Shown in pieces: positions 43,720 through 52,493 of a stretch of DNA of 64,000 nt. A program made the translations under genes and the position numbers. The notes beneath the pieces are model-generated. The model ran no database searches. It saw only the letters and a program-made list of their open reading frames with translations, and was not told the origin of the DNA. Position 1 is the first letter of the stretch; each line of letters starts with the position of its first letter. Location of the stretch: the NCBI GenBank assembly GCA_963707635.1, contig OY970173.1:1387663-1451662 (forward strand), given 5' to 3'. This stretch comes from Candidatus Latescibacterota bacterium (GTDB taxonomy: Bacteria; Krumholzibacteriota; Krumholzibacteriia; WVZY01; JAKEHA01).

Positions 43720-44696
43720 GCGATTTCTCCCTGATCCTGGTCGCCGGCATCGCGTTCGCGGTGGGCGTGTTCAATTCCGCGTGCGAGACGGCGTTCTTCG
43801 CGGCCGATCGGATCCGCCTGCGCCACCTCGCCGCGACGGGGAGCCGGCGCGCCCAGCGCGTCCTCGACCTCTCGTCGAATCCGGAGCGGTTTCTGAGCAC
43901 GCTGCTCATCGGCTACAACCTGGCCGAGGTGGGGTGCACGGTGGTGTGCACGGCGCTCGCGGCGCGCTGGTTCGGCGACTCGGCGGCGACGATCGTGACG
44001 GTGGTGCTGGTCCCGGTGTGGCTCCTGTTCAACCAGATCATCCCCAAAGGTCTGGTCCTCTACTATGCGACCCCGGCGGCGGTCGCGTGCGTCGACGTCG
44101 TGCGCGCGCTGTCGGCGCTCCTCTACCCGTCGGCGCGGCCGCTGGAGGGGCTGACGGATGTCCTGACGCGCTTCCTCCCGGTCAGCCCCTCGTCGCGTCT
44201 GCTCAACGTCAGCATGGAGGAGTTGCTGTTTCACATCGGCGACAGCCGCAGCGCGGGTCTGATCGCCCCGGAGACAACGGCGCTCATCGACCGCGCGATC
44301 GAGCTCAAGGAACTCTCGATGCGGGGCGTGATGACGCCCCTCGACGCGGTGGTCATGCTCGACTGGGACGCTCCGATCGAATCGCACGCGGCCGTGATCG
44401 CGCGTGAAGGGTTCTCGCGCTATCCGGTCTACCAGGGCGAGCGCGGCAACGTGATCGGGGTCATCTCGGTGCACGAGTATGTGACCGCGCGCGACCGCGA
44501 GAGCCTGCGCGAGGTGCTGCGCGAGCCATTCGTGGTCTCCGCGGACGCGCGACTCTCGGACGTGTTGGTTCAAATGCGGGAGGGCGGGCGCCACTTCGCC
44601 ATGATCCGCGACGCGGACGGGCGGACGGTGGGAATGACCACGCTCGACGACATTCTCAAGCGCCTGGTGGGCGTGATCGTGGATGAGTTCGATTGA
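43716..44696 (+). CDS. CNNM/DUF21 + CBS domain membrane protein (second HlyC/CorC-like paralog, lacks the C-terminal CorC domain)
   Basis: GTG overlaps the upstream stop (GTGA). …AFAVGVFNSACETAFFAADRIRLRHL… DUF21 region followed by a CBS pair (…GVMTPLDAVVMLDWDAP…EGFSRYPVYQGERGNVIGV…). Confidence 0.75.
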   Translation: MSDFSLILVAGIAFAVGVFNSACETAFFAADRIRLRHLAATGSRRAQRVLDLSSNPERFLSTLLIGYNLAEVGCTVVCTALAARWFGDSAATIVTVVLVPVWLLFNQIIPKGLVLYYATPAAVACVDVVRALSALLYPSARPLEGLTDVLTRFLPVSPSSRLLNVSMEELLFHIGDSRSAGLIAPETTALIDRAIELKELSMRGVMTPLDAVVMLDWDAPIESHAAVIAREGFSRYPVYQGERGNVIGVISVHEYVTARDRESLREVLREPFVVSADARLSDVLVQMREGGRHFAMIRDADGRTVGMTTLDDILKRLVGVIVDEFD

Positions 44697-45777
44697 ACCC
44701 CGAGGCCCGGCCGTGATCGTTCGTGCTCCGTTTCCGATCCGGGGGCGCCGCCTGCTGCTCCTCGCCGAGGGCAGCTTCTGCGCGGCCGACGCCAAGACGG
44801 CGGTCTGCCTCGCCATGTATCGGCCCGACGACGTGGTGGCCGTGCTCGACTCGACCCGCGCCGGCCGCGGCGTCGGCGAGGTCCTCGGCTTCGGCGGCGA
44901 CGCCCCGATCGTGGCGAGCATCGGCGACGCGCTCCGGGAGCGGCCGGAGGTCGCGGTGGTCGGCACCGCGCCCATCGGCGGGGGACTCGTGGGCCCCGAC
45001 CGATCGCTCGTCGCCCGCTGCCTCGAGGCCGGGCTGGACGTCGTGAGCGGAATGCACGCGTTCGTGGGCGACGACTCCGAGCTGGCCGCGCTCGCGGCCG
45101 CGTCGGGGGCGCGCGTCTGGGACGTGCGCCGCGTCGCCGACACCCGCGCGGTATCGGACGGGCGGGGGTGCCGGACGGGCGCGGGCGTGGTACTCACGGT
45201 CGGCAGCGATTGCGGGGTCGGCAAGATGACCACCACCGTCGAACTCGAACGAGCGGCGTCGCAGGCGGGGATGCGCGCCGCGTGGGCGGCGACCGGCCAG
45301 ACGGGAATGATCCTCCGCGAGCGAGGCGTCGCCGTGGACCGCGTTATCGCCGACTTCATGGGCGGCGCCGCGGAAGCACTCGTCAACCTGGAGGGAGAGG
45401 GCGCGGAGGTCGTGTTCGTCGAGGGCCAGGGGTCGATCACGCATCCCGGATACGCGGGCGTGACCCTGGGGCTCATGTACGGGTGCATGCCCGACGTGAT
45501 GGTGCTCGTGCACGAGCCCGGGCGCCCGAGCTACAAGCGCCTTGGTTACAACCTTCCGGATCTGCGCGATTTGATTGCGCTCTACGAGTCCCTGATGCGA
45601 CCATGGAAACCGGCGCGCGTCGTCGCCGTCGCGCTCAATACCGCCGCGCTTTCGGAGCCGGACGCCCTGGCCGCGATCGAGACGGCCGAGCGCGCCACCG
45701 GGCTCCCGGCGACGGACGCGGTGCGCGCCGGGTGCGCCCGGATCCTGCCCGCGATTCGCGACGCGCTGCGCCGCTGA
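44683..45777 (+). CDS. DUF1611 domain protein (P-loop NTPase-like, DgcN/YcjG-partner family)
   Basis: …VVLTVGSDCGVGKMTTTVELERAASQAGM… is the Walker-A-like motif typical of DUF1611. It is frequently adjacent to L-Ala-D/L-Glu epimerase genes, as here. Confidence 0.75.
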   Translation: MSSIEPRGPAVIVRAPFPIRGRRLLLLAEGSFCAADAKTAVCLAMYRPDDVVAVLDSTRAGRGVGEVLGFGGDAPIVASIGDALRERPEVAVVGTAPIGGGLVGPDRSLVARCLEAGLDVVSGMHAFVGDDSELAALAAASGARVWDVRRVADTRAVSDGRGCRTGAGVVLTVGSDCGVGKMTTTVELERAASQAGMRAAWAATGQTGMILRERGVAVDRVIADFMGGAAEALVNLEGEGAEVVFVEGQGSITHPGYAGVTLGLMYGCMPDVMVLVHEPGRPSYKRLGYNLPDLRDLIALYESLMRPWKPARVVAVALNTAALSEPDALAAIETAERATGLPATDAVRAGCARILPAIRDALRR

Positions 45778-45806
45778 GGCCGCCGTCGCCGAGGAGGCGA
45801 CCCCAC

Positions 45807-46838
45807 GTGAAGCTCGAAGTCGAACCGATCCAGATTGAAACCGCCCACCCGTTCCGCATCGCGCGCGGCACACGCACCTCGTACGAGGTCTTCGTCGTCT
45901 CGCTCACCCACGACGGCGTCACCGGGCGCGGCGAAGCGGCGCCCCAGCCCTTCTACGGCGAATCGCCGATGACGGTTCGCGCCGCGATCAACTCGATCGG
46001 CCGGATGCTCGACGACGAGCCCGAGGACGTGAGGCTGCGCTTGAACCGCGACGGCGCGGATCTGTTCGAGGCGCTGCGCGCGCACGCGTCCGTGCGCGCG
46101 GCGCTGGATATGGCGCTGTGGGACCTGCGCGGCCAGCGCGAGGGCGCGCCGGTGTGGCAGCTCCTCGGCGCGCAGGCCGAGAATGCGCCCGCCACGTCGT
46201 TCACGATCGGCTTCGACGTCCCCGACGTGATCGACGCCAAGGTGGACGCGGCCGCGCCCTACCGCATCCTCAAGGTGAAAGTCGGCCTGCCCGGCGACAT
46301 GGAAATCCTCGACCGCGTGATTGCGCGCAGCGGCAAAGTCGTGCGCGTCGACGCCAACGAGGGTTGGGACCTGGAAACCGCGATGGAAAAAACCGTGGAG
46401 CTCTACCGGCGCCGGGTGGAACTATGCGAGCAACCGCTCCCGCACGGGAACGAAGACGACTTGCGCCAGCTCAAGCGCGTGAGCCCGCTGCCGGTGATTC
46501 TCGACGAGAGCATCGAGGGCCCCGGCGACGTGGTGCGACGGCACGATCAGGGCCACGGCATCAACATCAAGCTCATGAAGTGCGGAGGCATTACCCGCGC
46601 GCTCGACATGATCGCCTCCGCGCGCGCCCACTCGCTCCGGGTCATGATCGGGTGCATGATCGAGACCTCGCTGGGCATCACCGCGGCGGCGCAGCTGAGT
46701 CCGCTGTGCGACTACGCGGACCTCGACGGCAATCTGCTGCTCAAGTTCGACCCCTTCGAAGGCGTGCGGGTGAAGGACGGGTACCTGGAGCTCTCGCGGG
46801 AGCCCGGCCTCGGCGTGCGCCGGCGCGTCACGCCTTAG
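45807..46838 (+). CDS. Dipeptide (L-Ala-D/L-Glu-type) epimerase, enolase superfamily MR/MLE
   Basis: KxK (…YRILKVKVG…), metal ligands (…VRVDANEGW…, …LCEQPL…, …ILDESI…) and catalytic Lys (…NIKLMKCGG…). GTG start is 30 nt after the DUF1611 stop. The ORF-track start at 45168 is an Arg-rich alternate-frame extension. Confidence 0.8.
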   Translation: MKLEVEPIQIETAHPFRIARGTRTSYEVFVVSLTHDGVTGRGEAAPQPFYGESPMTVRAAINSIGRMLDDEPEDVRLRLNRDGADLFEALRAHASVRAALDMALWDLRGQREGAPVWQLLGAQAENAPATSFTIGFDVPDVIDAKVDAAAPYRILKVKVGLPGDMEILDRVIARSGKVVRVDANEGWDLETAMEKTVELYRRRVELCEQPLPHGNEDDLRQLKRVSPLPVILDESIEGPGDVVRRHDQGHGINIKLMKCGGITRALDMIASARAHSLRVMIGCMIETSLGITAAAQLSPLCDYADLDGNLLLKFDPFEGVRVKDGYLELSREPGLGVRRRVTP

Positions 46839-46854
46839 GGCCGGGCGGGGCACG

Positions 46855-47229
46855 TTACTCGATTATGACGATCGCCATTGCGTGGTCGCGGCCGTGGGTG
46901 ATGGTGCAGTGGACCACGCTGGCCTCCAGCATCGTGAGCTGCTCGCGGGCGCGGCCCGAGAGCTCGACGAACGGCTGGCCGCTCGGGTGGCGCCGCACGT
47001 CGATGTCGCGCCAGCGCACCCCCGCCCCCCAGCCGGTGCCCAGCGCCTTCATGCACGCCTCCTTGACCGCGAACCTCCCCGCGATGCGTGGGACCGGGTC
47101 CGCGTAGCGGGCGACGTATTCGCGCTCGAAGGGCGTGAGAATGCGCTCGAGGAACTTCTCCCCATACTCCGCGTGCACACGCGCGATGCGAGCGAGCTCG
47201 ATGATATCGGTGCCGATGCCTTTGATCAT
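46855..47229 (-). CDS. acpS: Holo-[acyl-carrier-protein] synthase (4'-phosphopantetheinyl transferase)
   Basis: MIKGIGTDIIELARIARV…FLERILTPFERE…RFAVKEACMKALGTG… is the canonical AcpS sequence. 124 aa. Confidence 0.9.
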   Translation of the reverse strand: MIKGIGTDIIELARIARVHAEYGEKFLERILTPFEREYVARYADPVPRIAGRFAVKEACMKALGTGWGAGVRWRDIDVRRHPSGQPFVELSGRAREQLTMLEASVVHCTITHGRDHAMAIVIIE

Positions 47230-47415
47230 TCGTGGGATGGGTGGCTAGCGGCGTCGATAACGCCTCTCCGCTCATGCACTTCGCGCGCGACAGTTGATAG
47301 CGCGCCTCGTGAAATCGCGTCGAGGCATTCTCGACGCCGTCAGGGACCCGGTCATTATACGCATAGCGAGTCATCGCTTGCCACCCGTGGTGATCGGCGC
47401 TAGCTTCCAAAGCTT

Positions 47416-48798
47416 ATGACCCGACGATCTGGAACCATGTCCAAACGCAATCAGACCCTCGGGGTGATGAACGGGATGCTGGTCAATCTCGGCAACACCT
47501 TCGTCGACCCGTTCACGGTGCTGCCCGTGTTCATCACGACCTTCGGAGGCTCCAGCGTGCTGGTCGGGTTCGTGTCGGCGGCGTTCACCGCCGGTTGGTT
47601 CCTGCCGCAGGTCTTCGTCTCCAGTCTGGTGCAGACGCGCCGGCGCGTGCTGCCGATCTACACCGCCGCGGCCGCGTTTCGTTTCGCCGGTTTCGTCGGA
47701 GCCGGCGCCAGCGTGTTCTGGATCGACCCGGCCCACAGGGCGAGCGTGCTCACCTGCGTGATCGTGGGGCTCACGATCAACGCGCTCGCGGCCGGGGTGG
47801 CGGGGGTGCCGTTTCTCGAGATCACCTCGAAGACGGTCCCGGTGAACGAGCGCGGCGCGTTCTTCGCAGGCCGGCGGGTAATGGGGGGTGTGCTGGGCAT
47901 CGTCGCCGGGATGGTGATCGCCGCGGTCTTGAACGGGGACCCCGGAGCCATGTGGGCGCGCACGCGGGTCTTTCGCGCCGTGCAGCACGCCGTCGAGGCC
48001 GTCGGGCTGGCCGGGAGAGAGTTTCCCTACGACTACGGCATTCTCATCATCATCGGGGGAGTGATCGCCACCGTCGGGGTCGTCTCGTACCTGTTTGTCC
48101 AGGAGCCGCCCGCGGAGCATGTGCACCCACCGCATCCGATCCGGCAACAGCTGGCGGACGGTTTCGCGATGCTCAAGCGCATGCCGCACTACCGGACGTT
48201 CCTGTGGATGCGAGTGTTCTACCAGCTCACCGCGATGTCGTTTCCGTTCTACGCAACCTTCGCGTACGTGCGCCTCGGATTCTCGCAGGCGAGCGTCGGG
48301 GTGTTCGTGTCGTTGTGGGTGGCGGCCAGTGTGCTTTCCAACCTGGTGTGGGGACGCCTGCTCGACCACCGGGGCAATCGCATCGTGTTCGTGTCGACCG
48401 CGGCATTGAGCGTATTTCCGCCCCTGGCGGTGCTCGCGATCTCCACGCGCGAGGCGGGTCACGCCGGCGTCGTCGGAACCGGGCTCTTCACGCTGGTCGC
48501 GTCGACGTTTCTGCTCAACGGCTTCGTGCGCAGCGGCCGGTTCATCGCGAACCATACCTACCTGCTCGAATCGGCCCCGGCGAATCGCCGGCCGCTCTAC
48601 GTCGGATTCATGAACACGCTCTCGTTTCCGTTCATGTTGAGTCCGATCCTGGGGGGCTTGGTCGTGGCCGCGTTCGGCTACCCGACCCTGTTCATCCTGG
48701 CGGCGCTATCCGCGATCGCCGATCTCGTCGCCAGCACGCGCCTGGTCGAGCCCCGAACCGCAATTCGGGCCCCGATCGATGAGCCGTCGGCCGCCTGA
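47416..48798 (+). CDS. MFS transporter
   Basis: 12 predicted TM segments. Gly-rich loop motifs. The alternative start MSKRNQ… is at 47437. Confidence 0.75.
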   Translation: MTRRSGTMSKRNQTLGVMNGMLVNLGNTFVDPFTVLPVFITTFGGSSVLVGFVSAAFTAGWFLPQVFVSSLVQTRRRVLPIYTAAAAFRFAGFVGAGASVFWIDPAHRASVLTCVIVGLTINALAAGVAGVPFLEITSKTVPVNERGAFFAGRRVMGGVLGIVAGMVIAAVLNGDPGAMWARTRVFRAVQHAVEAVGLAGREFPYDYGILIIIGGVIATVGVVSYLFVQEPPAEHVHPPHPIRQQLADGFAMLKRMPHYRTFLWMRVFYQLTAMSFPFYATFAYVRLGFSQASVGVFVSLWVAASVLSNLVWGRLLDHRGNRIVFVSTAALSVFPPLAVLAISTREAGHAGVVGTGLFTLVASTFLLNGFVRSGRFIANHTYLLESAPANRRPLYVGFMNTLSFPFMLSPILGGLVVAAFGYPTLFILAALSAIADLVASTRLVEPRTAIRAPIDEPSAA

Positions 48799-48836
48799 TC
48801 TCGCTCGTTTGTCCACCCGACGCGCTTACAGACTTG

Positions 48837-48956
48837 CTGTCACGGTGACAGTCGAATCTGTCATGCCCACGGCCCATCAACGATGGTCTGGTGATCGGAA
48901 TGTTTGTAACTAGTTGTTACATAACATAATACGATACATGCGACCCGTGGCACGGG
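48837..48956 (+). promoter_or_regulatory. Palindrome-rich putative operator/promoter region upstream of hsp20
   Basis: Seen in sequence: CTGTCAC-g-GTGACAG (48837-48851), overlapping GACAG-tcgaat-CTGTC, then TGTAAC-tagtt-GTTACA (48905-48921) overlapping a candidate promoter (TTGTAA…15-17 nt…CATAAT/TAATAC), then CCCGTG-g-CACGGG (48944-48956). No match to CIRCE or HAIR that I can recognise. Confidence 0.3.
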
Positions 48957-49029
48957 CCGTGCAGTAGCCACTGCGCGGGCACGAGCCCACAGGTTGAATT
49001 CATCTATCAATCCATATGGAGGTAGGGTC

Positions 49030-49494
49030 ATGAAAGTCACGAAGTACGAGAGCCCGCTGTCACCGCTCGAGGCGGCGCTCGACCGCTGGGGATTCCCGAC
49101 GGTCGAACGGGCGACGTGGGGGCTTCCCCTGATCGACCGGATCTTTACCGACAGCAACGGCGAGGCGTGGTCCACGGCTCGTCTGCCGAAGACGAACGTC
49201 GCCGAGACCGAGGACGCGTATCTCTTCACGATTGAGATGCCCGGCCTGAAGAAGGAGAACGTCGAGGTCAACTTCGAGGGTGACACGCTGATCGTCAAGG
49301 GCGAGTCGTCCGAGAAGAAGGAAGAGAAGGGTGTCATCCGTCGGGAGTACCATTCGACCCGCTTCGAACGGACCTTCGGCATCGGCCCCGGCGTCGATCG
49401 CGAGAAGGTCATGGCGAAGATGGAAGACGGGATCCTGACCGTCACGCTTCCCAAGTCCCAGGAGAGAATCGGGAGAAAGATCGAGATCGCGTAA
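49030..49494 (+). CDS. Hsp20/alpha-crystallin family small heat-shock protein
   Basis: GGAGG RBS. …DAYLFTIEMPGLKKENVEVNFEGDTLIVKGE…RREYHSTRFERTFGIG…DGILTVTLPK… is the alpha-crystallin domain. The ORF-track start at 48994 is a short upstream extension. Confidence 0.85.
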   Translation: MKVTKYESPLSPLEAALDRWGFPTVERATWGLPLIDRIFTDSNGEAWSTARLPKTNVAETEDAYLFTIEMPGLKKENVEVNFEGDTLIVKGESSEKKEEKGVIRREYHSTRFERTFGIGPGVDREKVMAKMEDGILTVTLPKSQERIGRKIEIA

Positions 49495-49518
49495 CGCGAT
49501 TTCGAAGGGGGCAGTGAG

Positions 49519-49559
49519 GAGCCCGGAGCGGCAACGCTCCGGGCTCTCTTGGTTTGTTG
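49519..49559 (+). terminator. Rho-independent terminator after hsp20
   Basis: 12-bp stem gagcccggagcg-gcaa-cgctccgggctc followed by tcttggtttgttg. Confidence 0.55.
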
Positions 49560-49615
49560 CCGGCCCGGGAACGGGTGGAACCCCGGCGCCGCGTGTGCTA
49601 CCGTCGGTCCTCCCG

Positions 49616-51070
49616 ATGCGGCCACGATTTTTCCTCGTTCTTGGCACCTTGTGCGCTCTCGCCGTCCGCCCGGTCGACGCGACCCCGGCGCCGGCTGGCC
49701 CGGCCGCGGGCGCGAGCGAAAGCTGGTTCATCGTGCGCATAGGCGACGTGCCGGTCGGCACCGCCTCCGAACGCTGGTCCGAGGAGGCGGGACTGATCGT
49801 GTTCCGCGCGCACATGAACATCAATTTCACGCGCATGGGAACACCGCTCGAGATGAGCATCCTCGCGGAGGAAACCTGCGACTCCAGGGGCGAGTTTCGC
49901 GGCGCGCGCATGGAAAGCTCGGTGTCCAACCTGCGCGCGAGCGCCGTGCTGGCGGGCGACTCGGTCCAATACGAGTCGAGCGCGGGCGGGGCAACCCACC
50001 GGCGCACGCTGGCGTGGGACCCCGCGGCGGTGACGGAGATGCGGGCGCGGGAGCGCGTGCGCGCGTGGCTGGCGGGGGCAGCTCCGGAAACGACAGTGAC
50101 CAACTTCGACGTCGCCGACGGCAGTTTCCACCGCCAGCGTCTCGTGCGCGGCGCCACCGACACGATCCGGGGCGCGACGCTCACGCTGGTGGACCAGTTC
50201 GACGATGACGCGACCACGGCGACTTCGACCACCTGGCTCGCGCCGGACGGCGAAGAGGTGCGCACGGTAGTCCGGCAACTTGGCGTGGAGATCGTGATCG
50301 AACGCGTCACCGCCGACGAACTGGCGACGCTGGAGATCGAGTCCAGCTTTGACATCATCCGCCAGTCGATGGTGCGCTGCGAGGGGTTTCCCACCCCGGT
50401 CGCGCGCCTCGACCGCGTCACGCTCCTGCTCGAATTCGCGAAGGCACCGCCACTCGCGTCCATGGACGGACCGAATCAGATCGAAGTGGCGCGCGACGAA
50501 CACTCGGTCCGGCTCACGCTGACGCGCGAGACCGCGCACCGGGTGAACGCCGACCGCGACGACCTCGCGATTTTCCTGCGCCCGGATCGATTCGTCCAGT
50601 CGGACGACGCCACGCTGCGGATGGTCGCGGACAGCCTGCGCGCCGCCACTGGAACCGGCGGGTGGCCGCTCGCGCGCGCCATCGCCGCCTTCGTCAACCG
50701 GCACATCGTGCACAAGGGCATGGAACACGGCTACGACTCGGCGCTGGACGTGTACCGGTCCCGCGCGGGCGATTGCACCGAACACTCGCTGCTCACGGTC
50801 GCGTTGCTGCGGGCCGCCGGGATCCCGGCGCGCCCCGCGGTTGGGCTTGCCTACGGCGCGGCGGAAGGGGCGTTCGTCGGCCACATGTGGGTCGAAGCGT
50901 ACGTCGACTACTGGCGCACGCTCGATGCCCTCGACCTGGCCCTCGACCCGATCCGCATCCGCGTGCACGCGCCGAAGCCGAACGAGACCCTCGGCGAGCG
51001 CGACCTCATGCGCGCGTACAGTGAAGTCGCCGGGGTTGTCATACGGGTCGTCGACCAACGTTCCCACTAG
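49616..51070 (+). CDS. Secreted transglutaminase-like (Cys-protease fold) domain protein
   Basis: Signal peptide MRPRFFLVLGTLCALAVRPVDA. The C-terminal core …RAGDCTEHSLLTVALLRAAGIPARPAVGL…GHMWVEAYVD…LD… carries the Cys/His/Asp triad arrangement of transglutaminase-like domains. The ORF-track start at 49514 is an upstream extension. Confidence 0.7.
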   Translation: MRPRFFLVLGTLCALAVRPVDATPAPAGPAAGASESWFIVRIGDVPVGTASERWSEEAGLIVFRAHMNINFTRMGTPLEMSILAEETCDSRGEFRGARMESSVSNLRASAVLAGDSVQYESSAGGATHRRTLAWDPAAVTEMRARERVRAWLAGAAPETTVTNFDVADGSFHRQRLVRGATDTIRGATLTLVDQFDDDATTATSTTWLAPDGEEVRTVVRQLGVEIVIERVTADELATLEIESSFDIIRQSMVRCEGFPTPVARLDRVTLLLEFAKAPPLASMDGPNQIEVARDEHSVRLTLTRETAHRVNADRDDLAIFLRPDRFVQSDDATLRMVADSLRAATGTGGWPLARAIAAFVNRHIVHKGMEHGYDSALDVYRSRAGDCTEHSLLTVALLRAAGIPARPAVGLAYGAAEGAFVGHMWVEAYVDYWRTLDALDLALDPIRIRVHAPKPNETLGERDLMRAYSEVAGVVIRVVDQRSH

Positions 51071-51104
51071 CCGCGCCATCAGCCGAAGATCATCGGAGGT
51101 TGTC

Positions 51105-52493
51105 TTGCCGACGCTCAAGCAAACCATGTTTCGCGAATACGACATCCGGGGCCGGGTCACGGACGAGGAGCTGAACGCGACCAGCGCCGAGTGGATCGGG
51201 CGCGGATTTGGAACCTTTCTCGCGCGGCGCGGAATCGACGACATGGTCGTCGGCTATGACTGCCGCTTCGGCTCGGTCGAGATCAAGGACGGGCTGGTCG
51301 CCGGGCTGCGCGCGACGGGGCGCAACGTCATCATGGTGGGCATGTGCCTGACCCCGATGATGTACTGGTCGCAGTACCGGTTCGAGGTGCGGGGCGGCGC
51401 GATGGTGACCGGCAGCCACAACCCCAAGGGCTGGAACGGGCTCAAGCTCGCCGCCGGGCTCTCGTCCACGCTGGTTGCCGATGAGATCCGCGAGCTCTAC
51501 GACCTGATCGCGCGCGAGGACTTCGAGCGCGGACGCGGCGACTACTCGGAGGTGACGATATTCGACGACTACGCGGTGGACCTCACCTCGCGCGTGCGGG
51601 TGGTGCGCCCGCTCAAGGTCGTTATCGACACCGGCAACGGGACGGCGGGCGCGTTCGCGCCGCGCGTGTTCCGGGACGCCGGCCTCACCGTCGTCGAGCA
51701 GTTCACCGAGCTCGATCCGGACTTTCCCAACCACGAGCCCGACCCCGCGCGCACGGACACCGTCGAGGCGCTGGGAAAACGCGTCCGCGCCGAGGGGGCC
51801 GACCTCGGCCTGGCGTTCGACGGCGACGGCGACCGCTTCGGCGTCGTCGACGAGAAGGGCGACGTCATCTGGCCGGACCGCTACCTGATCCTGCTCTCCC
51901 GGCAGGTGCTCGAGCGCGCGCCCGGCGGGAAGATCGTGTTCGACGTCAAGTGCTCGCAGGCACTGGAGGACGACATCCGCGCGCACGGGGGAAAGCCGAT
52001 CATGTGGAGGACGGGGCATTCGCACATCAAAGCCAAGCTGCAGGAAGAGAAGGCGGTGCTCGCCGGCGAGATGAGCGGGCACGTCTTCTTCGTGGAGAAC
52101 TACTACGGGTTCGACGACGGCATCTACGCGGCGCTGCGCTTCGTCGAGTACGTGTCCGGGCGGCGGGAGCCGTTGTCGACGATCATGGCGGGCACGCCGA
52201 GCTACCTGTCGACGCCGGCCATCAGCGTGAAGTGCGCGGACGAGGTGAAGTACGGCGTGGTCGAGAAGCTGGTCGCGGATCTCAAGCGCGACTTCGACCG
52301 GGTGATCGATATCAACGGCGCGCGCGTCGTGTTCGACGACGGGTGGGGGCTGGTGCGCGCGTCGTCCAACCTGCCGGAGCTGGTGCTTCGCTTCGAGGCG
52401 AAGACGCCGGAGCGCCTTGCCGAGATCAAGCAGACGTTTCGCCGTTACCTCGAGCGGTATCCGGAGATCGACCGGCACTGGGAGAACGAATGA
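51105..52493 (+). CDS. Phosphomannomutase/phosphoglucomutase (alpha-D-phosphohexomutase family)
   Basis: …MFREYDIRG…, active-site phosphoserine loop …TGSHNPKGWNGLK…, metal loop …FDGDGDRFGVVD… and sugar/phosphate loops (…GEMSGH…). The start was set to the TTG 5 nt downstream of GGAGG. The alternative ATG is at 51126. Confidence 0.85.
   Translation: MPTLKQTMFREYDIRGRVTDEELNATSAEWIGRGFGTFLARRGIDDMVVGYDCRFGSVEIKDGLVAGLRATGRNVIMVGMCLTPMMYWSQYRFEVRGGAMVTGSHNPKGWNGLKLAAGLSSTLVADEIRELYDLIAREDFERGRGDYSEVTIFDDYAVDLTSRVRVVRPLKVVIDTGNGTAGAFAPRVFRDAGLTVVEQFTELDPDFPNHEPDPARTDTVEALGKRVRAEGADLGLAFDGDGDRFGVVDEKGDVIWPDRYLILLSRQVLERAPGGKIVFDVKCSQALEDDIRAHGGKPIMWRTGHSHIKAKLQEEKAVLAGEMSGHVFFVENYYGFDDGIYAALRFVEYVSGRREPLSTIMAGTPSYLSTPAISVKCADEVKYGVVEKLVADLKRDFDRVIDINGARVVFDDGWGLVRASSNLPELVLRFEAKTPERLAEIKQTFRRYLERYPEIDRHWENE

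Noticed and set aside
41685-45488. Series of long minus-strand ORFs (41685..43190, 42172..43665, 43662..45488, 44656..45873) antisense to cpoB/CorC/DUF1611
   Set aside because: All overlap one another in different frames. All are Arg/Gly/Asp/His-rich. All are antisense to + strand genes with recognisable domains.
45168-45806. N-terminal 213-aa Arg/Gly-rich extension of the dipeptide-epimerase ORF
   Set aside because: The extension overlaps DUF1611 in another frame and is pure Arg/Gly/Pro low complexity. The enolase-superfamily capping domain begins at the GTG at 45807.
49598-52478. Long minus-strand ORFs (49598..51244, 51090..52478) antisense to the transglutaminase-like and PMM genes
   Set aside because: Antisense to genes with clear catalytic motifs (C-H-D core; TGSHNP). 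Low-complexity translations.
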